A stretch of 33,642 bases of DNA. It comes from Chrysochromulina tobinii (taxonomy: Eukaryota). The notes below the pieces were generated by a model. It did not search any database. It worked only from the letters and a program-made list of their open reading frames with translations, and was not told the origin of the DNA. Position 1 is the stretch's first letter. Every line of letters starts with the position of its first letter. Positions 7,701 through 16,800 of this stretch are shown one piece after another. The translations under genes and the position numbers were made by a program. The stretch covers positions 1 through 33,642 of the forward strand of contig JWZX01002533.1 of the NCBI GenBank assembly GCA_001275005.1, given 5' to 3'.

Positions 7701-10700
7701 GGAATCGTCAACCGCGGAGATCTTGGCGAGCTCACCCAATCCCACAGGGTCGGTCGAGTCGAGATCGGTGCTCGTGTATTCAAACGGCACCGATGATGGC
7801 TTGTACCTGCGAAGGAGGGACGTGGCGCCCTGGTGAGCGCGTGCATGCGAGGAAGGGGTGGGCTGGGGGGGCTTGTACCTGCGGGACGCGCATTGAGGCA
7901 CGGTCACCTCATTACCGCGCATGCTCGGCTATCAGAGGTCATCAGAAGCAATTAGAGGCAATCAGCGTACAGAGACTTGGGGATGGCCGTCAGAGGTCAT
8001 CAGAGGTCATCAGAGGCAATCAGCGTACAGAGACTTGGGGATGGCCGAGGAGCCATTCGACCAAGGCCACCAAATCGAGCCGCTCTCTACAAACATCATC
8101 CCCGGGCATAGTGCTCGGTCTGCGGTCGCCCCTCGGATCTGCATCAGCCGAATGCCGCCAAGCAGCAGGTTCTTGCCACGCACCACAATCGGCGCCGGCT
8201 CGATGAACTGTTGAGCTGTCGCGTTCATGAGCGGAGATACGATCTCGTCAGAGCAGAGTGGTCATCAGCGGTTATCAGCGGTCTCATCAGCAGAGATACG
8301 ATCTCGTCAGAGCAGAGTGGTCATCAGCGGTCATCAGCGGTCATCAGCGGTCTCATCAGCGGTCATTAGCGTACCGGTCTCATTAGAACAGAGAAGGAGC
8401 GCCAGTGGGCCGAGAAGGCAGTTTGGAAAGAGGACGTACGGCAATGAGTTGATGAGGAAGTCTTGGAACATGGACATCGAGTTGACGTGCGCCAGGTCGG
8501 TGAGCGAATCCGAGACGACGTATCTGCATGCAACGAGGAGGGCCATGCCATCAGCATGCAACGAGGAGGGCCATGCCATCAGCATGCAACGAGGAGGGCC
8601 ATGCCATCAGCATGCAACGAGGAGGGCCATGCCATCAGCATGCAATGAGGAGGGCCATGCCATCAGCATGCAATGAGGAGGGCCATGCCATCAGCATGCA
8701 ATGAGGAGGGCCATGCCATCAGCATGCAACGAGGAGGGCCATGCCATCAGCATGCAATGAGGAGGGCCATCAGCATGCAATGAGGAGGGCAATCAGCATG
8801 CAATGAGGAGGGCCATCAGCATGCAATGAGGAGGGCCATCAGCATGCAATGAGGGAAGGCTCTCCGCGAGACGAGACGTACTCGAAGGGCGTATTGAAAG
8901 AGTTATCAGAGGCAATCAGCGGAAGTCATCAGCGGTCATCAGCGTACTCGAAGGGCGTATTGAAAGAGTCATCAGAGGCAATCAGCGGAAGTCATCAGCG
9001 TACTCGAAGGGCGTATTGAAAGAGTCTTCGAGGGCGGAACACATCTCTCGTTGCGTCTCCACATGGGTCTTAATGAAGGCGACTTGATAGATTAAAATGG
9101 CCAGCGCGACGGTCTCAAACACCATCTTAAGCATCTCAAAGCGCGTGAGGAAGGTTGGACTCCAGGCGAAGAGGCGCGTACGAATATCGTCTTCGAAATC
9201 GCCCATGTCCTCGCCCTCCGCCCCGGCCATCCGTCTTGCGCTCGCTTTCTGCCTCGCGCGCGCCTGCAAGCAAAGGAGGGAATCACTCGGAGGCAATCAG
9301 AGGCGATCAGAGGCGATCAGAGGCAATCAGACGCGCGCCTGCATGAAACGAGGGACGCATTCGACCGTCATCAGTCGTCATCAGTGGCGCGTACCTTGAG
9401 CACGGTGTCCACCTCGTGCTCAATATTCAGTGGCCATCAGTGGCCATCATCAGTGGTCATCAGAGGCCATCAGCATGCACACCTTGAGCATCTTGTCTAC
9501 CTCAAGCCCGAGATTCCTAGCGTCCCTTGCATCGTCCTGAGCGTCCTCCTCCGCCGCGGCCACGGCGCCCACAGCCCCCTTTTGGGATGCCGAGCGCTCC
9601 TGATGAAGCGTAATCAAGAACAGCTTAGTGATAGTCCTCTGCGCGGAAAGGTCCAACGCCTCAAAGACCAACGTGCGCCGTAAAAAGTGGACGCCGTTCT
9701 GGTCGGTCACCACGTGCCGCAGAGGACTGATGTGCCAGTACTCACACGCGGTCTCAATGAGCCTCTCGAAGGTGACGTCGTACCTGCATGCAATGAGGAG
9801 GCCATCCGCATTCACACTGCATTCACACGCGGTCTCAATCAGCCTCCCGAAGGTGACGTCGTACGAGATCGGGAGCTCGAGTGACGAGATCGGGAGCTCG
9901 AAGTGACTCGGAGTCATTAGGGGTCATTAGGGGTCATTAGGGGTCATCAGGGTTCATGAGCGGTCATTACGAGATCGGGAGCTCGAGTGACTCGGAGTTG
10001 AAGTGCAGCTGCACCAACTTGTTGGGTTGCTGTGACGATCGCAGCAGGCGGTCGTCGAACAAGTTGCCTGCAAGGCGAGCGTGAGGCGTCATCACTGATC
10101 ATCAATGGCACTCGATCGCAATCAGAAGCACTCACCGGTAATCAGAGCCTCCTCGATCCGGTGCCTCTCGAGGCGTGCGTCGGCGCCCGGTGGCATCGAG
10201 ATGAGATGAGCTCGCGCAAGCTCGCGTAACAGGGCGAGCAGCGCCTTGCCATAGTCGATATGGAGCTGCGAGGCGAGCTTGGCTGCCATGAGCTCTGGTG
10301 GCTGATCCGCATCGCGCATCAGCTCCTCCGTGCGCTGCGTATGCATGCGCCCCATGTACGTGCGCAGCACCTCCTCGAGCTTGGCGGAGATGACCTGATG
10401 AGGGTGGCAATCAGAGGCTCATCAGGGGTCATCAGAGGCGCAGCACCCCCTCGAGCTTGGCGGAGATGACCTGAGGTGAGGTCGGGCGAGGTCGGCGAGG
10501 TCGGCGAGGTCGGTGAGGTCGGCGAGCAGAGGCCCGTGCGCTGATTGCGGGCCAATCAGGGGGCCATCACGGGCCAATCACGGGCTTCTCGTGACAATCT
10601 CGTGGCAATCTCGGGGCACTCCGAGGGGCACTCCGAAGGGAAAGCACTCGCCTGCGGCGGCGAGATCGGCGAGTCGAGGCCCTTGAGCTGATCCGCGAGC

Positions 10701-11140
10701 ACCGGTGCCAGCTGCTCCCGCAGCTCCTCGACGAGCTGCTTGCCGAGCGTCTTGGGCGGCAGCCGGGAGGCCATCACATCCGCCTGGATGATCGCCGCAT
10801 CCGACGGCTTCGTGGACGCCTGGAATGCCTTGGTGAGGGCGCGGAAAGTGCTAATGTCGCCGCCAGCGCCGCTCCCGCCGCCGCGACCAATTCCACCGAC
10901 GGGGCCGCCCGTCGCCGTGCACTCGACCGGCTCCGCGGAGGCGATCGGCGTGCGCGACACTGCATATTCATCCATGACGGTCTGCAGTGCATCCAACCGC
11001 GCCAGGACCGTCTCGAGCTCCTCTGCTAGACGCAGAGCCTCGTTAATGTGGAGGTCGTTGGACCCGAGGGCCTTCTCAAGCTCAAGGGCGCGTTTACGCA
11101 GCGCTACGATGTCTGTGCGGGTGCGGTAGTTGGCATCCAT
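4771..11140 (-). CDS. Polycystin (PKD2/TRPP-like) six-TM channel-family protein, 14 exons, about 1177 aa
   Basis: Hand-built exons: 11140-10652, 10394-10136, 10067-9971, 9783-9483, 9263-9004, 8523-8375, 8215-8029, 7806-7344, 7084-6838, 6583-6299, 6013-5905, 5691-5287, 5136-5119, 5035-4771. Total 3534 nt, open frame, all phases consistent, 12 GT-AG introns and 1 GC-AG intron; the acceptor at 8216 is the least certain. Polycystin TOP-domain motifs KNLLLGGIRLMQIR, GGF and LTENSWLDRQTLAVGIDMTFYNPQTD. Six hydrophobic helices, ending LWILTNLYRTLIIAEYSSV. Confidence 0.85.
5036..5118 (-). other. Intron 13 of the polycystin gene: 39-bp exon duplicate plus 44-bp filler
   Basis: 4997-5035 (exon) and 5080-5118 (intron) are identical 39-mers. 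The donor GT comes from the duplicate; the acceptor ...CCTCATTGCATGCAG comes from the filler. Confidence 0.85.
5158..5212. repeat. 11-bp tandem repeat (TAGGGTGCAAT)x5 containing TTAGGG, inside intron 12 (5137-5286)
   Basis: Five perfect copies read directly. Confidence 0.95.
6160..6320. repeat. 58-bp tandem repeat made of exon-10 3' end, splice donor and filler
   Basis: CCTGGAGAGCGTC(C/A)ATCTCGGC at 6183, 6241 and 6299 (the last is exonic); period 58. Confidence 0.9.
6610..6711. repeat. 10-bp satellite (ATTAGCGGCC/ATTAGCGGTC)n in intron 9 (6584-6837)
   Basis: About 9-10 tandem copies, flanked by GGAGGAGGGCAA on both sides. Confidence 0.9.
7100..7232. repeat. 10-bp satellite (TCAGAGGTCA/TCAGAGCTCA)n in intron 8 (7085-7343)
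   Basis: About 13 tandem copies; same family as the fillers in other introns and at 25350-25425. Confidence 0.9.
8526..8855. repeat. Minisatellite in intron 5 (8524-9003): 8 x 28-bp, 4 x 23-bp and a partial unit
   Basis: GCATGCAA(C/T)GAGGAGGGCCATGCCATCA starts at 8526, 8554 ... 8722. The 23-bp variant starts at 8750, 8773, 8796 and 8819. The same unit forms the 3' ends of introns 3 and 13. Confidence 0.95.
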
Positions 11141-11407
11141 GCCCTGATGCGCTGCGCTCTGATGCGCAGCGCGCTTGTGCAAGCGGAGGCCGTCACGCAC
11201 GAGCACAAAGATGGAAATGACGAAATGGAACCGTTTTGAGAAATCTGCCCGGGCTCACATGTATCGAAGGGAGAAGCTGCGAGTTTTCGCAATGCTTCCC
11301 AAGCGCCGCGCGCCTTCGGGAAAACTTTCGTGGCACGAACGCGTACGCGTCGCGTCTGGAGCCCTTCCATCCAGTCATCTATCAGCACGCGCCCCACGCC
11401 ACCCGGG

Positions 11408-12991
11408 ATGCCAAAGACCGAGCGCGCTCCTCTCCATCGCCTCGCCGCCGCCGCCACGCCGCTGGGACGCGCGCCCACAGCCGGCGCTCGCCCCTCGCTG
11501 CGGCCGCGCACCGACGTGAAGCACGACGAGTTGGAGACCTTTCAGTGGGGCGCGGACGACTCTGACGCGCTCGATACGTCGCCGCCACGCCAACGCCCGC
11601 GCAGCTCGCTCCAGACCCGCGACATCCTTCACGGCACGCCCTTCAACAATTGCGCGCGCTCGTGGAACCCTGAGGAGGACACGCGGCTGCGGAACGCGAT
11701 CGACGATGTGGGCTGCAAGTGGATGGCGGTGGCTCAGCTGGTGGGCGGCGGACGATCTCCCGCGATGTGCCGCAACCGGTTCCAGCGCATGCAGGCCCCC
11801 ATCCACGGCAAACGAGCTGTCAACCTCTGCTCGGCGTGCGGTCAGCCCAAGCGTGGACACACGTGCATCGCCAAACTCGACGCCAAGCTCCAGCGGCATC
11901 CCCCCTTGCCTTTCGTGGCGGCGGCCCCCGGGGGCGCGCCCGATGACGTGGTCGACACCCTCCGGCCGCGCGCTCTCCACGGGGATCAACTGCGGGCCCC
12001 CTTGCGCGATCTGCCCGTCCCTCGCCTACCCTCCTCGTCCCTCTCCGTCCCTCGCCGTCCCTCGCCGTCCCTCTCCGTCCCTCGCCGTCCCTCGCCGTCC
12101 CTCGGCCTCCCGGCGACCCTTGAGGTGCCCGACATGGCGCCCGAAGTTGGGGTGGACGCGTCATACGTGGATGAGTTCGACGCGATGACCGAGTACGATG
12201 ACGAGCCGCACATGGCGCTCGACGAGTGCCCTGCGAGCGGCGGCGCGAGCGGCGGTGGTGGCAGTGGCGGCGGCGGCGGCGGCACGGGCGCCATGTCGGG
12301 CACAGGCACAGCAGGTTGGTCGGCTTTCGAGCGCCATCTCGGGCGCCCCGGCTCCGCCACGGGCGCCATCTCGGGCGGCACGTCACTGTCTACCTCCGAG
12401 TCATCGCAGCTGGGCGGGATGATGCTCGAGCACCATGAGGCAGCCTATTCCTCGGCCTACTGGACGCTCGCGGCGCTCGGCATGGCGCTCGGCTCGCCCG
12501 CGACGACGCCCGAGCCCACCCCACAGCCGCTCGTGCCCTCTTCCTCCTTCGACGTGTCCACGGCGCTCGGCACGGCGCTCGACGGCGTGAAGACGCTCGA
12601 CACGGCGCTCGACGGCGTGAAGACGCTCGGCGGCGCCATCGTGAGCGTCATCGCGGAGCTCGACTTCACGCCCGCGTCGCATTTCGTCAGCGAGCTCCTC
12701 GGGCTCGAGCGCCATACCGAGCTGGAGTGAGTTTCGTCAGCGAGCTCCTCGGGCTCGAGCGCTGTGTCGAGCGCTGTGTCGAGCGCCATACCGAGCTGGA
12801 GTGAGCGAGGGAGCAGGCACGTGCGATGGTGGGTATCTCGTCCGCCATGCCCACGAGAGCGTCGGCGAAGCCGATGGTGGGGCATCGCATGCGTCAGCTC
12901 CACATCTCTCACCTCATGTTCATCTCTCACTCCATCTCGGACCACTAGCCCGCCCTCGCACGCCTCAAACTTCATCGCGGACGTCGTGTAG
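11408..12991 (+). CDS. Myb/SANT-domain protein with a CxxC...HxC Zn-knuckle-like motif; probable exons 11408-12726 and 12949-12991 (about 453 aa)
   Basis: RSWNPEEDTRLRNAIDDVGCKWMAVAQLVGGGRSPAMCRNRFQRM (Myb repeat) followed by CSACGQPKRGHTC. First ATG at 11408. The apparent stop at 12728-12730 lies within a consensus donor GTGAGT (12727); splicing to ...CCACTAG (12948) restores the frame (ELDPPSHASNFIADVV*). Confidence 0.75.
12015..12105. repeat. 10-bp tandem repeat (CCGTCCCTCG)n, about 9 copies, within the Myb ORF
   Basis: Read directly; translates as VPRRPSPSLS repeats. It could alternatively be part of an unrecognised intron. Confidence 0.85.
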
Positions 12992-13891
12992 ACGTGGTGC
13001 ACTCCGCCGCCTTCGGACGCTCGCCGTCAGTCAGTCGAATGACGGCGGTCATCTTGGGCTGTGGAACTGGCTCAGCACCCAAACTCGCGTGACGAGGCGC
13101 CGTCGCGGGCAGACGAGGGCACGTGTTACAACTGTGAGAGGCGCGAGAGAGAGCGCTCAAGAGAGCGCGCCCACCCTTGAGAGACCTTCGGAGAGACCAC
13201 GAGACGCGTCGTACCGGGCTTGGAGTTAGCCAGGCAGATGCGCACCTCACAACGACGCATGCTCGATTCGGATGTGTTTTGGCAGCATGCCTGGGAGCCT
13301 GGGGAGGCGCCACTTACGATGAGGGATGTAATTGCGCCTCTGGCATCATGTGCCTGCTCAATACCTGGTGCGAGCCTCTCTGAGAGTCCCGTGGCGTAAG
13401 TGAACGGGCGACCGCGGCGACGCCGCAGTCAGGCGTGTGCGTGTGCAGCGTGCGCGCGTGAGGTGCGTCTCGCCGGGCAGCCGTCACACGGTGTGGGACG
13501 GTGCTGGCGCCGGCCCAAACACGCCGTCCCCCTTGGTTTCGGAACGAACGCCAAGACGCGAGGAAGCTCGGTGTGTCGGATACGTAAGTTAACAAACTCG
13601 TCTCCGTCCGAAAACCCGTACGCGCTACGCGGCTGGGCTACCAATTGTGGGCCACACGCGAGCCCCCACTTGGCCTTGGCCCATGCATGGGCCCATGCCT
13701 TGGCCCTTGCGCTGGTCGGTTCCGGGGCTCACAGCATGTGGTCGGAAAACTGCGCCTCTGCGCCTTGCTAGCTCAATGAGATTGCACTCCGAGATCACTC
13801 TCGATCGGAAAGCTCACCAGGCGTCCCACCTCAGGCACTGTAGCGTATGTGGTGACGAAAAGAGCGCCGTCACGAGCGTGCGGGCAAAATA

Positions 13892-16800
13892 ATGGGGCAA
13901 GGCTTCACCCATGTCGCTGGTCCGAAGCCCCCGTCGTGGCTCTCCGACTGCGCCGTGCTAGAGCCGACGGAGTGCATCTCTCGGCCTGAGTGTGGCTTCT
14001 GCTTCACTTCTTTTTCGTGCATGCCTGGCAACGCGAGTGGGCCCGCGGTGGGAGCGCTGCCATGCATTCCGAATCCGGCCGACCCGACGATCCAACCGCC
14101 GGATCACACCTACGACCCTGCCTCGGCCCGCTTCGGCTGGCTGCAGGCCAACTGCTCGTGGGCATACGACAATGCAACCTACGATGCCATCCTCGCCAGG
14201 CACGACTTTGGCGGACCTGGTGGGGGCCCAGCTGGATACGGTCCTCTGAAGAGCTTTGACACGATGCGCCCTCCGCGCTCGCCGTCCATCGACTCGGTTC
14301 CCCCCGAGTGGGACGCGCCGTGCACAGCTGGTGGCCAGCGGCGGTGGGATCCGCTCACCAACTGCAACCCGTCCCAAAAACCGGACGATCCGTGGCTCGG
14401 GCCCTGCAAGGACAACACCTACGCGTGGGGAGGCACCCGCTGCCTGTGCCCCGAGGGGCGGGTGGGCCTCACATGCGGCGGCTGTGCCTCCGATGCCGGC
14501 TGCGGCGACGGGTTCCAGTGTGACCTGCCGGCCTTTTCCCCGGTCGAGGAAGTGCACCTCGGCTGCATAGTGCCGTCGCGTTCGAGCATCTCCTTGTCTC
14601 CGGTTGTTGACCCAAAGTACATCTTCGGCTTCACAGGCACAGATAATGCGCAGCCGTCGTTCGACTTGCGCCTCGGGCCAGGCACGTGGCAGGCGACACT
14701 CAAGAAAGCCATCCCGTGGCCCCTCGGCCAGATCGTGACCTTCCTGAGCGTCAAGCCGGCGCCGCCCCAGGAGGGCAAGTATTCGCGGCTGCTCTCCGGC
14801 ATCTCCTTTGTAGCTGCGGTGCACAGCGAGCAGTACGTCACGGCGATTTCGCACACCTGCCCAGACAAGAAGGCGCTGGGGTTCGACTCGCCCTTTGACA
14901 GCGGTGCCACGTGCCTTCGGTGGACTGTGAGCGACAAGGTGAAGAGCGACGACTTCTTCAGCACCTCGCCGAATTTCTGCCCAGCGAAAGGTCCATGCCG
15001 GCTGCCCAGCTCTAGCTCCCCCGGCGGCTGGGCACGCTTCGATCAAGACACGAAGTCGATCGCGACGTACATCAAGCCGCCGCTCTCTGTCGACTGCCAG
15101 CTGCCGCGGACGCACGACTCCACGCACACAGTCTGCTCGCTCCAGACGAATTACAAGATCCTCGGGTCTCCGTTCATCATCAACATGGATTGCGAGGTGG
15201 CGGCGGGCCGATGCAATGCCGCACGCAACTTTTCGTATCCGTCACCACCATCCGCGCCGCCGCCGCCGCCGCCGTCGCCACTGAACCTCCTCGAGCAGTG
15301 TGCACTGCCCGAGCACTCGCGCCGGTGCACCTGGGGGGCTCTGTTAGTGCCCCTCGGGCTGCTGCTCGTGCTCATGGGCTCTGTGGCCTTGTGCCACCTG
15401 CTCAGCCACTGCTACGACAGGCGGGACCACGGTATCGCACGCCGCCGCTCCGCGCGAAAGCCCCGCCCCCTTGGCAGCCGCCGCCACCGACGCGCCGCCG
15501 ATGTCGGTACGTCGTCCGCGTCGGCAGACGCCCCAATGCCAGTAGTCAGCGTCCCGCCGAGGCGGGCAGCGCGTGTGAAGTGGGCGTCGGAGAGTTCCAT
15601 CGCCATAGAGCTGCCCTCCGACGCGAGCTCGGCTGCGCTGGTGTCTAGCTGGGCCAGCCCGGCGGGTGGCAACAGAACTCAGCTGACCACCGAGTTTCGT
15701 CAGCAGACCACCCTCTCCGACGGTGGTGCATCACTCAACGCGGCGGAGGGCGGTGGTGGCGCCGCATCTCCCGCCGCCGTCGCAGAGGCGGGCGGACGAA
15801 TCGGTGCAGACGAAGCGGGCGAGTGTGGGCAGATTGCCCAGCGGTGTACGACTCTGGGCGTCCTGCCCGTTGCGGCCATCGCCACCTGGCTGCCTGTAGA
15901 GCCATCGCCTCCGAAAACCACGGCGACGGCTCCGCCGAGCTCCCTCGCCGCATCCATGCTCATCCCCCCCAACGCCTCCATCCGGCAGCTCCCCGCGAAC
16001 ACGACGTCCTCCTCGCCCGCGGCCCTGACAGCCGCCGCCGCGCAGCCGCCTCCCCCGCCGCCGCCCCTCAGCTGGCATCACGTGAGCTACCGCGCGGGCA
16101 GAAACGGCCCCCGGCTGCTCCAGCCGTGCACTGCCGAGCTCCATGGTCGCGGTGCGACCAGCAGTGGGCTCTGGGCTATGATCGGCCCGAGCGGCGCGGG
16201 GAAGTCGACACTACTCAGCGTGCTGGCCGGCCGTCGAGAAGAGGTCTCCGTCGAGGCGGGCGCCGGCGAGCGTGCCGAGGTACGCCTTTACGGCCAGCGC
16301 ATGGGGAGCGCCGCCCGGCGCGCTCGAATCGGTTTCGTGACGCAGGAGGACGTGCTGCCCCCTACCTCGACGGTGCGTGAGCATCTCGACTTCCACGCGC
16401 GCCTTCGCGCTCCATGGCTCTCGCGCCGCGCGCGCCGGCAGCTGGTCGAGGCCAGCCTAGGAGCGCTCGGCCTCGGACCGCTCGCTGATCGGTGCATCGG
16501 CGACGGCTTCATACGCGGGCTCTCGGGCGGCGAGAGGCGCCGAACGTCCGTAGGCTGCGAGCTCATCGTCGCGACTGCGCGCACGGCGCATGAGTACGAG
16601 CGCCGTGTCGAGCGCATGGCTGATCGGCATGGCACGAGCGCGAGTGCCCACATGTCGAGCGCGCCGCGCGTACCGCTGCTGCTACTCGACGAGCCCTTCT
16701 CAGGCCTCGACTCGCTCAACGCGCGGCTACTTCTCCACGCGCTCGTCAGCATGGTGAACGGCAACGGCGACGACGCGGCCGACGCGGAGGTTGGCAAGGC

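Noticed and set aside
8216..8374. Acceptor at GACGAG (about 8244) for intron 6
   Set aside because: It is out of phase with the donor at 8374, whereas the ACAG acceptor at 8216 keeps the frame. The junction remains the least certain in the model.
8526..8855. CRISPR-like array of 28-bp repeats
   Set aside because: The units are head-to-tail with no unique spacers, there are no cas genes, and the array lies inside a eukaryotic spliceosomal intron. It is a minisatellite.
5036..10651. Autonomous transposon or classical TIR/MITE introner
   Set aside because: No transposase or reverse transcriptase ORF and no terminal inverted repeats are visible in the window, and duplication lengths vary widely.
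4771..11206. Treating the many short minus-strand ORFs as separate genes or a pseudogene
   Set aside because: They join through canonical splice sites into one open 1177-aa polycystin-like frame.
13000..13890. Independent gene or ncRNA between the Myb and ABCG genes
   Set aside because: Only short ORFs without codon bias or motifs, and no recognisable tRNA, rRNA or snRNA pattern.
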